Assembly (NCBI GenBank): GCA_052327205.1
Contig: CM126203.1
Location: 308,326,001 to 308,390,000 of the forward strand
From: Somniosus microcephalus
Taxonomy: Eukaryota
Length of the DNA: 64,000 nt
Direction: 5' to 3'
Each line of letters begins with the position of its first letter. The first letter of the stretch is position 1. The translations under genes were made by a program, and so were the position numbers. Shown piece by piece: positions 38,619-51,962 of the stretch. The notes below the pieces were generated by a model, which was not told the DNA's origin, did not search any database, and saw only the letters and a program-made list of their open reading frames with translations.

Positions 38619-39602
38619 TCACAATATATATTAATGATCTGGACGAGGGAATTGGATGTAATATCTCCAAATTTGCAGACGACACAAAGCTGGGTGGGAG
38701 GGTATGCTGTGAGGAGGATGTCATGAAACTCCAGTATGATTTGGACAGGTTGGGTGATTGGGCAGAAACATGGCAAATGCACTATAATGTGGATAAATGT
38801 GAGGTTATCCATTTTGGTGACAAAAACAGGAAGGCAGATTATTATTTGAATGGCAATAGATTGGGAGAAGGGGAAGTGCAAAGAGACCTGGGTGTTCTTG
38901 TGCACCAGTCGCTGAAGGTAAGCATGCAGGTGCAGCAGGCAGTTAAGAAGGCAAATGGCATGTTGGCCTTCGTAGCAAGAGGGTTCGAGTACAGGAACAA
39001 GGATGTCTTGCTACAGTTGTACAGGGCCTTGGTGAGACCGCACCTTGAGTATTGTGTGCAGTTTTGGTCGCCTTATCTGAGGAAGGACGTTCTTGCCATG
39101 GAAGGAGTGCAGCGAAGATTCACCAGGCTGACACCTGGGATGGCAGGAATGACATATGAGGAGAGATTGTGTCGATTGGGATTATACTCACTGGAGTTTA
39201 GAAGATTGAGAGGGGATCTCATCGAAACCTATAAAATTCTGTCAGGCCTGGACAGACTAGATGCAGGAAGGATGTTTCTGATGGCCGGGGAGTCCAGAAC
39301 CAGGGGTCATATTCTAAGGATAAAGGGTAAGCCATTTAGGACTGAAATGAGGAGGAATTTCTTCACCCAGAGAGTGGTGAACCTGTGGAATTCTCTGCCA
39401 CAGAGGGCGGTGGAGGCCAGTTCATTAAATATATTCAAGAAAGAGTTGTATATATTTCTTAAGGCTAAAGGGATCAAGGGATATGGGGAGAAGGCAGGGA
39501 CAGGGTACTGAATTTGGATGATCAGCCATGATCTCATTGAATGGCGGAGTAGGCTCGAAGGGCCGAATGGCCTACTCCTGCTCCTATCTTCTATGTTTCT
39601 AG
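38619..39602 (+). mobile_element. 5'-truncated CR1 LINE, same young family as 2125-5327
   Basis: ORF 38723-39511 is nearly identical to the C-terminus of 3993-5228; ttctatgtttcta tail. Confidence 0.95.
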
Positions 39603-39799
39603 GTATTGGAAAATGTTTTTCACTCTGATACACAGGAAGCCTTCCCCACATTCTGCATCATCATTGGAAAATATTCTATTTCAAGGGAAATACTGAGCTA
39701 GTATCTGAGGGAATCCCACTTTACATTATTTATACGTTGGAGGAAGAGGAGCATCAGGAGCCTGTAAGGGAAGGCAGCACCAGAGGAGAGCCAGACAAT

Positions 39800-40170
39800 T
39801 GCAGCACTGTACATCCAGCAAGAGGCATGGACACAGATGCACTTTCTGAGACCTTTCCCAGGAGCTCTGTCTCAGGAGGCTGCACTTCAGTCATGAAACT
39901 TTCAAGGAGCTCTGTTCATTGCTGCAGTCAGATCTGCAACCAAGGTCCACAGCATGGGTGGCTTTCACTGTGGCACAGAAAGTGACCACAGCTCTCAACC
40001 TTTACACCACTGGCTCATTCCAAGAAGCCACAGGGAGCTTTTGCCAGATCAACCAATTTACTGTGCACTCCTGTATAAGACAAGCATCAATGCCACCTTT
40101 GCCAGGCCAGCTTAATATATACAATTTAATGATGCGCTCAACACAGATGACTGAGATACAGCGATTTTAG
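39800..40170 (+). pseudogene. Remnant of PIF/Harbinger transposase N-terminal region
   Basis: RRLHFSHETFKELCSLLQSDLQP...VAQKVTTALNLYTTGSFQ...INQFTVHSCIRQ (HTH typical of HARBI1-like proteins). Confidence 0.65.
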
Positions 40171-40499
40171 CAAAGCAGTTGTGAAAGGAACAAATCGCAC
40201 ACTTTAAATAAATAATACGCACTTCCAGCCGGCTTCACAAAATATATTATTAAAAGGATCATTAGCTGCATCATCAGCACCAGTTCCCCACGGAACCTTG
40301 TTCAGCCATCTGTATTATGATGCAGGTGACTTAAGGTCCACTCGACTTGGACACTGCTAATCAGTATGGAGAAAAGGTGATATGCTCCCTGCATCAAACT
40401 GAGAAAGCAGCAGCAAAGCATATGCAATCTGTAGTTTGCTAACATTCATCTTTTTGGGTTTTATCAAGTTTAAAGGTAATTCAGGTCTTTATTTTAGAA

Positions 40500-40990
40500 T
40501 AACAGAATCATAGAATGTCACAGCACCAAAGGAGGCCATTCAGCCAGCCATTCCCAAACCCCTGCCCTTTTCCCGTACTTTTATAAATTTTTATTTTTCA
40601 AAAGCTTTGTCCACTTCCATTTTAACTAATGTTGTGGATTCTGCTTCCACAGGGTTTCTGGTAGGACATTCCATGTCTTACAACACTCCGTGTAAAAAAA
40701 AAAAGTTTTCTCGCTGTTCTCTTTGTTCTTTTGATGATTATCTTAAATCAATACAGATAGTTTTCCCCTGTTATCATATTGAAGCCTTTCATAATTTTGA
40801 ACACCACTATCAGATCTCTTCTTAACCTTCTTTCTTCTATTAGGAACATAAGAACAGGAGTAGGTCATTTAGCCTCATAACCAAAGACTCTAGTTCCTGG
40901 TAACCTCCTAGTAAATCTCTTCTGTAGCCGCACAATGGCCTTGACAGTCTTCCTGAATTAAAGGCCCTAAAATGGAACACAATAGGCATC
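40500..40990 (-). mobile_element. Old degraded CR1 3' end
   Basis: agaatcatagaa tail and residual CR1 text (ctatcagatctcttcttaaccttct). Confidence 0.6.
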
Positions 40991-41644
40991 GCACCCTAAT
41001 TTGAGAGAAATAAAATTTGTAAGCCATAATGTCAATGACAATGTAATTGTCCGCAATCAGGGCAAGGATGGCAAGGGCCAGGTTTGTGAATGAACAGAGA
41101 AAATGAGAAGAGGGGCAGTGATCGTTTATCTGGTGGTAGAGTCTGAGGAGGCAGTGGTCAGTTGAGTGAGTGGGACGGAAAGGAAGTTGGCGAGATTAGC
41201 CTATAGCGGCCACGTGGCGGCAAGGTCAGTGAGAGAGGATGAGGTAGTTGGGGCTGCTGCTTGGCGAATGCTGAAAGAGGCACAGCGGGTAGTTGTGGCT
41301 TTATCTGAGGGGGCTTCAAGCCTGGGACTGACGTAGACTGAAATTCTTTTAAGAATTTATCCTTAGTACTTTGTGGGAGTGCTAGAGGCCAATATTCTGA
41401 TTGCAAAGGCCTCTAGACAGTTTAACTAGCAGAATGCTTCTATGATAACTGTCCAGCCATTTACACTGCAAATTCCAATCTAATACCTTTTAACTAACAA
41501 TCAACAGTAAATTAAGATGCCCAATCTTCTGTTAAAATTATTCAACCTGACACTCTTAAGTAGTGGAAATGAGCTATGTTACTTTGGAAGTGAAAAAAAT
41601 ATTTTATACTGGCGGCAGTAAATGGTGAAAAATGGTGACAAAAA

Positions 41645-42501
41645 TCTATATTTCTAAACAAATTGATCTGTCTGTCTATCTGTCTGTCTGTCCTTCTGTC
41701 CTCACGTGTGCGTCTGTCCGGCTATGCGCTCGAAAGTTATAGAGCGTACCTACGCGCGCGTTACCTCCGAAGAAAGCTTACGCTTCCGGAACGGTCGTAA
41801 GCGTATTTACTTTTCGGTCGGACGAAAATTGTTCGCGCCTTATGCAAAAAACCTTCAAAATTAAACTCATTATCTGCTACTTAGCATTGATTGACTGACG
41901 TCAAGGTTCCACCAATCCTGTGCCGTCACGATTGACCAATCCTACAGTACGGTCCCCTGATGGTTGGCCAATCGGTGTGTGTGTGTGTGGGCGGGACTAA
42001 TTGTTTTCATCTCAGGGATCTGGCAGCCATTGTTTCACTGCCATTACTTCAGCTTCCAGCTCAAACTACTTTGATCATCCAGCTTTGAAAAAGTTAGTAT
42101 CTCTTTTAAAAATAACATAAGATTTACCAATAACGTTTTATAAGTACTTTCACTTTCATCTTTCAAGGTATTAAAAGGTAGAAATGTTGCCCGGCAGCAG
42201 ATTCACAGAGGGACCGACAGACAGGGCCTGAAAGCCTGGTACTCGATTTAAAATGTTGCCCGGCAGCAGATTCACAGAGGGACACAGAGAGGCCCCAAAG
42301 CCTGGCACTCGATTTAAACCGCCCGGCCCAAACAGCAGATTGAGAGAGGGACACAGACAGGGCCCAAAAGCCTGGGACTCGATTTAAAATGTTGCCCGGC
42401 AGCAGATTCACAGAGGGACACAGAGAGGCCCCAAAGCCTGGCACTCGATTTAAACCGCCCGCCCCAAAACAGCCCTGGCAAAGCCGGGCTCCCCCAGCTA
42501 G
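41645..42501 (+). mobile_element. Non-autonomous Helitron related to 17525-18298
   Basis: A|TC start, (GTCT)n, shared 5' 350 bp, hairpin cctggc-aaa-gccggg, CTAG|T end. Confidence 0.85.
42182..42470. repeat. Tandem repeat (about 68-70 bp units) inside the Helitron
   Basis: cagcagattcacagagggacacaga...aaagcctggcactcgatttaaa repeated about four times. Confidence 0.8.
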
Positions 42502-43646
42502 TATAAGTATAAAAGAGACCATAGGCTAGAGCTTTCGATCAGGAAAGATCACGTAAAAACGCTTAACTCATCATGCTAATACTTGTGTGCATTGTATTTA
42601 CACAGGGAATAACTTGTTTAAAATAAATGGGTTAATGACTGTGTAAAAATAGTGTACATCAGAGCATTTAGTGTTCATACATGAACTTTGCCAATCAGAA
42701 GTCCCTCCTGAAACTTCACTGCCTCTCCACCTACCTCTCATCCTTTAACAACCTTCTTGAAACCCCACCTATTTGACCAAACTTTTAGTCACTCCTCGTA
42801 ATCTCCTTCTTTGGCTCAGCATCCATATTTTTTGCTTATTATGTGTCTGTATAGCACCATAGGTCATTTTTTCTGTATTGTTGTTGTCGAGTCCTACTAA
42901 CTGAGCCAAGTTGATACTTAGCTCTGCTGATTGGTCCTATCAATTCTATTAATAAATAGCACTGTATTAACTGTAAGGTCCACAGTCTCACAACTGTCAT
43001 GATTGTAAGTTACTGGATTTCATCAAAGTGAAATAGAGGAAGAAATCCAGTTAAAGACAACCAAAGAGAATCCTCAAAAATATGGCCTGAAATCAGCGAC
43101 AATGCGTAAGGATATTGTACTGATCTATCCCTGGCCAAATCCTGGCATCACAGCCATTAAATGAATCATGCAATGCCAGCTAACACAATAATGAAATTAA
43201 AATGTCTTCCTTTCTTTTTGCTTATGTAGCAAGCAAACAGTGCCGGTGCTGGAAGTCCTGGATTAAGCTGGGTTTGGCATTATGCTGTGTTAACAACAAG
43301 TCAGAAATGGTGTGCATAATATAACGACTATTTGGTAAGGATGAACAGGGCACCACAAAGCCTGAATCAAGAGGGGGGCTAAACTCTGCCAACATTTGAA
43401 GTCATTCAAATTTAGTCCTGTCAGGACAACTCAGCCCTTTGGCAAAAATGTCATCAGGCAAGTGCAGAAAGCAAAAATAGTGATCTATGTTTATAAAATG
43501 CTACTTTTTTTCTGATGTGCTAGCAGTTTTCCTCTTTGTAATGGTGCATGTTAGTGTTTGCAATTAACTGCAGTAAAAGCAAGTGTTTTTTTGTCACTGG
43601 TGATTTAGGGTATGTGTCAGTTTTTCTGTGTCTGTGTTCATGTTGT

Positions 43647-43835
43647 TTTTTACTCGTTTATGGGATGTGAACATCACTGGCAAGGCCAGCATTTATTGCC
43701 CATCCCTAATTGCCCTTGAGAAGGTGGTGGTGAGCCGCCTTCTTGAACCGCTGCAGTCCGTGTGGTGAAGGTGCTCGCACAGTGCTGTTAGGGTGGGAGT
43801 TCCAGGATTTTGACCCAGCGACAATGAAGGATGGT
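43647..43835 (-). mobile_element. 3' end of the second LINE family
   Basis: Matches 25437-25625 (ttattgcccatccctaattgcccttgagaaggtgg). Confidence 0.8.
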
Positions 43836-45299
43836 GATTTCATGTCTACTTTCATTGGTAAGGGGATATAGTGCCAGTCCATGCTGGTTAAGGAAGCTGC
43901 TCCTACTTGATGAGATCTTCAAATTTGGATTCAAATGATTTGAACTTTGGATAGCTAAGTCAGAAAACAAATAATTGCTCAACTTTACTATCTACAATGA
44001 GGCTGTCTCGGTGGCCTGGCCTTTAAAAGCCATTTAGTACTGACCCATGTTGAATAAAAAGTGTTTTATTTTGTTTATTATATGGTGCTCTCTGCATTTT
44101 CATTGGTGGATTACTTTTTGATCTTGTACAGGGCTGATGTCTTTCTATTGCAAGGCTTTTATTTATAAATTATTTTCTGACACCATTTTTGCTTCCAGCT
44201 GATATTTCACTTGCAGCGAACAAATTGGGCAGGATGGAAATTCTTTTTGGGTTCCAAAGACACTCTTAGATTTGGGAAGAGAGCATTTCTTGATGGGACA
44301 AGTAAGGTAGGTACTGCTCAGGCAGTTACTGGGCCTTCTTTCCTCCATTGGTGCGGTGCCACTGATGCACCCCTACTGGCAAAATTTGCCTAACCCAAGT
44401 ATGCAAATGACTCCATCTCTGTAATTTGGGACGGGGTCTCGGCCTCCTTGCTTGGACGAATTCAAGCTTTCACTGACCCACTTCTGCCGGCGGAATGGGT
44501 TAATTGGAATTTGAGGCCTCTATTTTTTGTCTCCCTATTGACATTTCCTTCCTTTCGACCTTTGCAGTTACTTGCTTCCCCCACCTCCAGATAATATTTA
44601 CAATGACTGCCAATGTTTTACAATCATTTATCAGCCTTTTAAAAAGGCTCTAAATCTCTTTTAATCATTAGATGCATCCACTTTCTTTAAGTGTCCGCAT
44701 TCTCTTTAAATTGCACCAGAAGCCATTAGGAGCTCAAATATCCATGATTTCCCATCGCCTCCCTCTTCCATAAAGTCACACTCCCTGCACAAGGCACCAG
44801 CTGCGCAATGAGTTTACTTATGCAATATGTTCAGTTCTCACTTTCTGGTGCAGACTGTAAATTGCCATTGTGGTCCCAATGCACTTTCTCCAGGAAATGC
44901 AATATCGGCCTTGTATTTGTGATTATCCAATGCAACTTAACATAATTTTATTCAGCCTATTGAGCTTAATGATCAATTGACCTAGAAGAAGTTTTCTATT
45001 TGTTTCATTCCTAATTGGGAACACTTTTCTGACAGAGGTTTACTGAATACTTCTCTCCTAATAATAAGCTAACAGCTCCCTCTGTACACACAACTGGAAA
45101 TTTCTTGTTTCCATTCTAATGGATTGAATAGTCAAAAAGTTATAAACTGCAGAATTTTTTTACAGAATGCAAGGAAGAGTTTGTGTTAAAAGCAGTTTGG
45201 GAGCCATATACTGGGAAGAAGCCATCTTATGGGCTGCCCAGATTGATTTTATTGGACAGATCTCTACATACTTCTGATAAGCTTGGCTCTCTGTTGGGC

Positions 45300-46082
45300 A
45301 GGATATGCTGCAGAAGAGACCACAGCCCAGAATCAGGTGCGTTCATGCTGCTGTGTTAGAGATTGTGAGAGGGGGCGGGGGTGAGTACATCATGGCTTGG
45401 AGGGTCGGGAGGTGATCGCGAGTTGTTGGAGACAGATCGGGGGTAGAAATGGAGGGGTCGGTGCTTGCTGGGGGATCGGTGATTGCAGGGATGTCAGTGA
45501 TCGCGAGGGGGGTCGGTGATAGTGGTGGGGTCAGTGATCACGGTGAGGTCGGTGATCGCAGGGATGCCAATGATCGCAGGGATGTCAGTGATCGTGAGGG
45601 GAGTCAGTGATCGCGGTGGGGTCGGTGATCGTGGGAGGGGGTCGGTGATAGCGGGGGGTTGTCCGATCACGGGGCATGTCCGATCGCGGGGGAAGGTCTG
45701 ATCACAGGAGGAAAGCACGTTAGCTTGGGGGACCGGGGAGAAGCACTTCTGGTCCATAAGCAATGCTGGAAAAGCACTTACCTCTTCCATGCAGCTATTC
45801 TTGTCTCCCGTTAGCTGCCGGGTTTCCTGTGCTCCCGGGAAACCCGGCTGACCAGCGTTAAAGCTCGAGGAGGGATAAAGTCTGAGGCACACAGCCTTAT
45901 TAAAATATTTAAATGAGCAACCCACCTCCAGTGAGCGGGTTGCTCGCCTGCTCCCGCCCCACCTCCGTTAAAACTGGAAGTGGGTGGTTTCAAGGCGGTT
46001 TGGGTTCAGTTTGTAATTTTTTACATTTTACCATATCATCCAACTCAAACTCACCCATTTTGGGTGTTTAAAATTCACCCCA
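45300..46082. mobile_element. Harbinger-like MITE with internal 16-bp tandem array (gggggtcggtgatcgc) at about 45455-45700
   Basis: Visible repeats; right terminus taaaattcacccc; family motifs shared with 28600-28940. Confidence 0.55.
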
Positions 46083-46607
46083 GTGTGTAATTGTCATAAT
46101 GGATGCCTGGGATAATGTCGTGGAACAGTATAAAGTATATTTCATTGAATGTGTTAAACCTTATTCTGCTCTATGCAGAGTTCAGCCTTTACGTTTTCTT
46201 GATAAACTGCTGTTTTGTTTTAATAAACTCCTTTGCTCTCACATGACTACTTCCAGTAGTCCATACAAATTTGGCAAAGACTTAAGTGCTTTGCTTATAT
46301 CTAGAGAGAAAAAAATGTCAGGAGACTGAACATTCCTCACACTTTTCCATGTATTGTCTGGAAGGAGACATGAGACAAGACTTTCTGAGACTGTGATTTT
46401 ACGCTAAGCCTCCCACTGCATGTGCGGCCCTGCCAGTGGCACAGGATCTCAGAAAATTTTGCCCAAAGTATAAATAGAAGACAGAAGGTAAGAGCTAATC
46501 GCAACCCATGTGGAATGCACAAGCAGCAGGCAGAAGGTGCAGAGAAACTATAGAGAACTGAACAGTGACATTGAAATGGCCACAATTGATCACAATTAGG
46601 TGTCACT

Positions 46608-46900
46608 TTGACTCAATTGGTCACACTCTTTCCTGTGTGTCAGAAGGTTCTGAGTTCAAGTCTCACACCAGATTTGAGCACAAAACCTAAGCTGGCACTC
46701 CAGTGCAATACTGAGGGAGCACTGCATTAGTGGAGGTGCTGACCTACAGAGGAGATGTCAAACCTAGGTCTTGGGTGCTTGTTTAGGTGAATGTTAGAGA
46801 GTCCATGGTACTACTGGCAAATAAACAGAGTTCTCCTGGTGCTTTGGCTAATATTTTTTAGTCAACAAATACCACCAAATAACAGAGAAACAAATCATTA
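46608..46900 (+). mobile_element. Degraded tRNA-headed Deu-domain SINE (SacSINE1-like) 5' part
   Basis: tgactcaattggt..cagaaggttctgagttcaagtc (A/B boxes), then ctccagtgcaatactgagggagcactgca. Confidence 0.6.
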
Positions 46901-47159
46901 GCTGCTGAAGATGCTTTCTTTGGAATGGCAACATGCATCAAACCAGTTAAGGGGAAAGTGATAGGATTACCATAGTTTACGCTCACATAGCACCTTTAAC
47001 ACAAGTGGTTCACAATCATAGTCATAACAGCACAGAAGGAGGCCATATGACCAATCGAGTCCGTGCGGCTGTTTGTAGAGCAATCCAGTCAGTCCCATTC
47101 CCCCGCTCTATCCCCGTAGCCTCGCAAGTGCCTAGCCAGTCTCCCTTTGAAAAAATTGA

Positions 47160-47882
47160 GGTCTAAAAATTGAATCGCTTTGAGGTGCTAACTTCGCCGG
47201 GGCTACTTTTAGCACCCCGGAAAAATTAGCGCCCCCGCGACCGAAATTGAGTGGTAGCGCCCCAAGAGGGAAGCGGGGCGCTACTGGAAGCACCCCGCCT
47301 CCCTCTTGTGGTGCTGCAAGGGAATATCGCGGCGCTACGTGCCACGGTATTGCAGGCCTTCCTCCCCTTCTTAAAAGGGAGGGGCCTTGCGCAGCGCGAC
47401 CTGGGGCCCAGCTGAGCCCCCAGGGATCGGGAGTGCCAGCAAAAGAGTCCGGCACTCAAGAGAAGTGCCGGGCTCACGGAGTGCAGCCGGCACTCCGTGG
47501 GGGAGCAGGTAAGGAGGCCGGGGATGGCAGTGGAGGCAGGTGCTGGCAGGCAGGCAGCAACAAAAATGGCCACCCAGCACCTCGCCTTTAAATAGCGGCG
47601 CCCCGGCCGCAGGTAGGCCCCCCGACCCCGTCAGACATAGCGTCCAGTGGTAAGTCAGGGGGTACTACCGAAGATCGCGGCCGGGGTGCAAGCAGGGCGC
47701 TGCGCATGACAATGATGTCATCGCCGGCGGCGCAGTGTCGCGGGGCGCTAATGGTAACCGCCGCCGCTAACCTCCCGCTGAATTTCGCCAGAGGCGTTGG
47801 CGGTGCCGCGCCCAGACGGGAGTTGCTTTACGCCCTGTTAGCACCCTCATAAGGAGGTGCAAAGCAACCGAATTTTCCCCCC
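47160..47882. mobile_element. GC-rich Harbinger-like MITE inserted in a minus-strand CR1 3' UTR (47015-48030)
   Basis: Colinear with 13591-14305; termini ggtctaaaaattg / cgaattttcccc. Confidence 0.75.
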
Positions 47883-49759
47883 CCCGGAGCGGGGGGGTGG
47901 GCTTTGCGCTTCCACCACTTTCGTCAGCAGCGAGTCCCAGGTCCTCACCACTCGCTGCGTAAAAATGTTTTTCTTCACATCCCCCTGTATCTCTTGCCCA
48001 AAACCTTAAATCTGTGCCCCCTAGTCCTTGTGGGGAGGAAATAAACACCAAACAATAACACTGAAAAAAAGGTTAGGAGCGACAACCAATGGGTCAAAGA
48101 GAGGTTATGAGGAGGCTTTTCAAGGTGAGGAGAAATGTAATAAGGTTGTAGAGGTTTGGGAAGAGAATCACAGAGCGCAGGGCCACGATGCCTGAAGGCT
48201 GTGCCACTCAGAAAAGTTGAGAGTGCAAGCTGGAACACAAGGCTGGAGAAGGTTGTAGGGTTAAGGTAGGACCTGTTAAAACTACATAAGGAAGTGGACC
48301 TGATAGGTTTGTTTTGGTGTAACATGGTTTATACAAAAAAAGTAGGATTTTTCAGTGCTGGATAGATATGAGATTTTTGGTACACACCCACTTCATGACT
48401 TTAGAGACCAATGTCTATAACAAAGGCTTGTGGATACTTGGGAGCTTAAGAGTTGGCTCATAATGGTTGACTTGGATTCCAAATACATCTGGAACCTTGG
48501 AAGCTTGAGTACAGACCTCTATGGATCATTTTGAGTTCTGCTGATATTCAGTATGGAATTTAATAGGAAATATTACAAAGGATGAAGGTTGGGGAAGATG
48601 CTCAGAAGTCTCCATTAGGGGCTACAATAGGCTAGGCTCATGCTAGTTAATAGACGGATACAGACTCCTGTGAACTGTGATAAAAGTGAACTGTGAGAAA
48701 TGGGAATCCGTTTGTGTTCAAGAGACATATGCAAGGCTTTTGAATAAGTCTAGATCGGGCAAGTAAAATCATCACTGTGCAAAAAGAGAACTCAGTGTAA
48801 GATTCAGCTTTAAGTTTAAGGGGTGGAAAGTGTTCAGATTGAAACTATTCTGCTAACTATAGTGTTCTAAAGCAGGAGAAAAAGGGAATGCATCTAAACA
48901 TATGGACTGTGATTTTATTTCTGTAAACCATATGTTGCAGTGTAATCTAATAACTACACTTACGTTATTCTGTACGGATGCAAAGCCTTAAAGGGGGAAT
49001 GAAGTAACTGGAAAAGTTAAATTGTAATTTAAAAAAAATAGCAGAATACCGGGTGGAATAATTATTATGGAGGCGAAGCCAATGGAAAAGAAAATCAGGC
49101 CGAGTGTATAACAGACTGCCAATTCATTATTGCCCCATTTTCTGCTACCACCAAAGACCAATCTCACCCCCATAGGCTTTCAAAATGGTCCAAAGGCATA
49201 TTGAACTTAACATCTGAAAATAGGCATTAATATATGATACTGGGCCATTACAGCACATGTTAGCCTAACCTATGGTTGGAATGGCACAATCACAAAACCA
49301 TTAATGATTGCAATCATCTGTTTCAAAATCATATCCTGGAGGAAGGGGCTAGGTGAAGAAGCCACCTTCTGGGCTTCCTGAGTTAACTTTTATTGACAGG
49401 CAAGAGCCAGTAAAACTCGAGTTGCAAACCTACCTGCTCTTTCATTCACTGTCACTTCCTGGATCTGTTTCCCCGCTCCCCCAGCAACACAGACAGTAAC
49501 TGAAGATAAAAATGTGTAAGTCTTAGCGAGTGCAATGTAATAGAACTGCATTTCAGGCAATGTATTTGAGGCCACATTTGTACTACAACAGTTGTGACTG
49601 TAAGAGATGGCTTCACTTTGCACTGCTGCTGAAGTTCTTAGCATCACTGCAAAGCAAAACAACTTAAACTGATGCTAAAGTTATAGTACAAGTGAGTACC
49701 GAGTTAAGCCATGTTTTGCTGTGATAATATGTAACTGTTGTAATAGATTATTTTGCACC

Positions 49760-51260
49760 ATCATTTTTCAATCCTCTCTAGCTTCAGGTGTGGTGCCGGA
49801 GGACTGGAGGACTGCTAATGTGGTACCCTTGTTTAAAAAGGGAGAAAAGGACAGACCGAATAATTACAGGCCAGTCAGCCTAACCTCGGTGGTGGGAAAA
49901 TTATTGGAAAGAATTCTGAAGGACAGGATAAATCTTCATTTAGAAAGACACGGATTAATCAAGGATAGTCAGCACGGATTTGTTAAGGGAAGGCCGTGTC
50001 TGACAAACTTGATTGATTTTTTTGAGGAGGTAACAAGGAGGGTAGATGAGGGTAGTGCATTTGATGTAGTGTATATGGACTTTATCAAGGATTTTGATAA
50101 GGTTCCACATGGCAGACTGGTCACGAAGTTAAAAGCCCATGGGATCCAAGGCAAAGTGTCAAGTTGGATTCAAAACTGGCTCGGAGACAGGAAGCAGAGG
50201 GTAATGGTTGATGGGTGTTTTTGTGAGTGGAAGGCTGTTTCCAGTGGGGTTCCGCAGGAGTCAGTACTAGGTCCCTTGCTTTTTGTGGTATATATCAATG
50301 ATCTTGACTCGAATATAGGTGGTATGATTAAGAAGTTTGCAGATGATACTAAAATTGGCTGTGTGGTTGATACTGAAGAAGGAAGCTGTAGGCTGCAGGA
50401 AGATATCAATAAATTGGTCAGGTGGGCAGAACAGTGGCAAATGGAATTCAATCCGGAGAAGTGCGAATTAATGCATTTGGGGAGAGCTAACAAGGAAAGG
50501 GAATACACATTAAATGGTAGGACACTGAGTAGTGTAGAGGAACAAAGGGACCTTGGAGTGCATGTCCACAGATCCCTGAAGGTAGCAGGGCAAGTAGATA
50601 AGGTGGTTAAGAAAGCATACGGAATGCTTGGCTTTATTAGCCATGGCATAGAATACAAGAGCAGGGGGTTATGCTTCAACTGTATAAAACACTAGTTAGG
50701 CCTCAGCTAAAGTACTGCGTGCAGTTCTGGTCACCAAATTACAGGAAAGATGTGATTGCACTAGAGAGGGTACAGAGGAGATTTACAAGGATGTTGCCGG
50801 GAGTAGAGAATCTTAGCTATGAGGAAAGACTGGATAGGCTGGGTCTGTTTTCCTTGGAACAGAGGAGGCTGAGGGGAGACCTTATTGAGGTGTATAAAAT
50901 TATATGGGGCATAGATAAAGTGGATAGAAAGGACATATTTCCCTTAGCAGAGGGGTCAAAAACCAGGGGGCACAGATTTAAAGTAATTGGGGGAAGGTTT
51001 AGAGGGGATTTGAGGGGAAATTTCTTCACCCAGAGGGTTGTGGGGGGTCTGGAACTCATTGCCTGAAAGGGTGGTAGAGGCAGGAACCCTAACCACATTT
51101 AAAAAGTACTTGGATGTGTACTTGGGATGCTCTAACCTGCAGGGCTAATGGACCAAGAGCTGGGAAGTGGGATTAGGCTGGATAGATCTTTGTTGGCCGG
51201 CATGGACACGATGGGCCGAAATGGCCTCCTTCCATGCTGTAACTTTCTATGATTCTATGT
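49760..51260 (+). mobile_element. 5'-truncated CR1 LINE (RT + 3' UTR)
   Basis: ORFs 49721-50695 and 50671-51066 with RT motifs; ttctatgattctatg tail. Confidence 0.93.
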
Positions 51261-51962
51261 TTCATATTATAGCACTGTAAAATGTATATTTGGTCAATGT
51301 GCTTGAGTTAAGATTTGTCATGTCAGAAGGTAGTTACTATCTTGGACATCCAATTACCTTTTGGGAAAGGCTAGGCCCAGCCAAAGTCAGCTGATTTGGG
51401 AAACAATTTGGGCATTTTCAAGGTAACCCAAAATTAGCCACATCCAGGTTTCATTTGTTGCACCTGGTTACAAACCTACTCAGCAATCCTGGTCTCGTCC
51501 AAACAATTCAAGCTGCAAATGTCCACTTCAACTTATTTTATGTACTGGTTTCCTGCACATCATTAAAATATCAATTATTCAAGTTACCTTCAGTGGGTAG
51601 ATTTCTAGAGTTACAGCATTTCTCCACTACCTGTTGATGTCCTTCTCAATGTCACCAGTTATCTTGAATCTTGCCATAGATTTCCTTAAATAAGATACAT
51701 TCCTTAAATTAATGTCACCACTAATATAATAATTATACCACTGAGTTTCTGAATATAAATAAATCATTTAAAAATAACACATGGAATAACCATGGCTGTC
51801 AACGTAGGGATAGTTCTGGCTGTAAGATTTTCAGTCATAATTCAACCCCATAACCAAGGTGTCGCCCCAAACTAAAAACATAACCGTAGTTATAAGTGGC
51901 AAGCTGCATCCATCACATACATGGGTTGCATAGAAAAGTCTATTTATACTCTCATCTGAGTT

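Noticed and set aside
37730-40170. Domesticated HARBI1 host gene
   Set aside because: The fragments are frameshifted, lie on opposite strands and are dispersed, consistent with decayed transposons.
40221-40410. Possible minus-strand exon ending at GAA|GTGCGT
   Set aside because: In-frame stops unless a weak acceptor is used; no recognisable product.
48318-49020. Possible retroviral remnant (ttaaagggggaa-tg resembles a PPT/LTR junction)
   Set aside because: No matching LTR end, TSD or coding motif visible.
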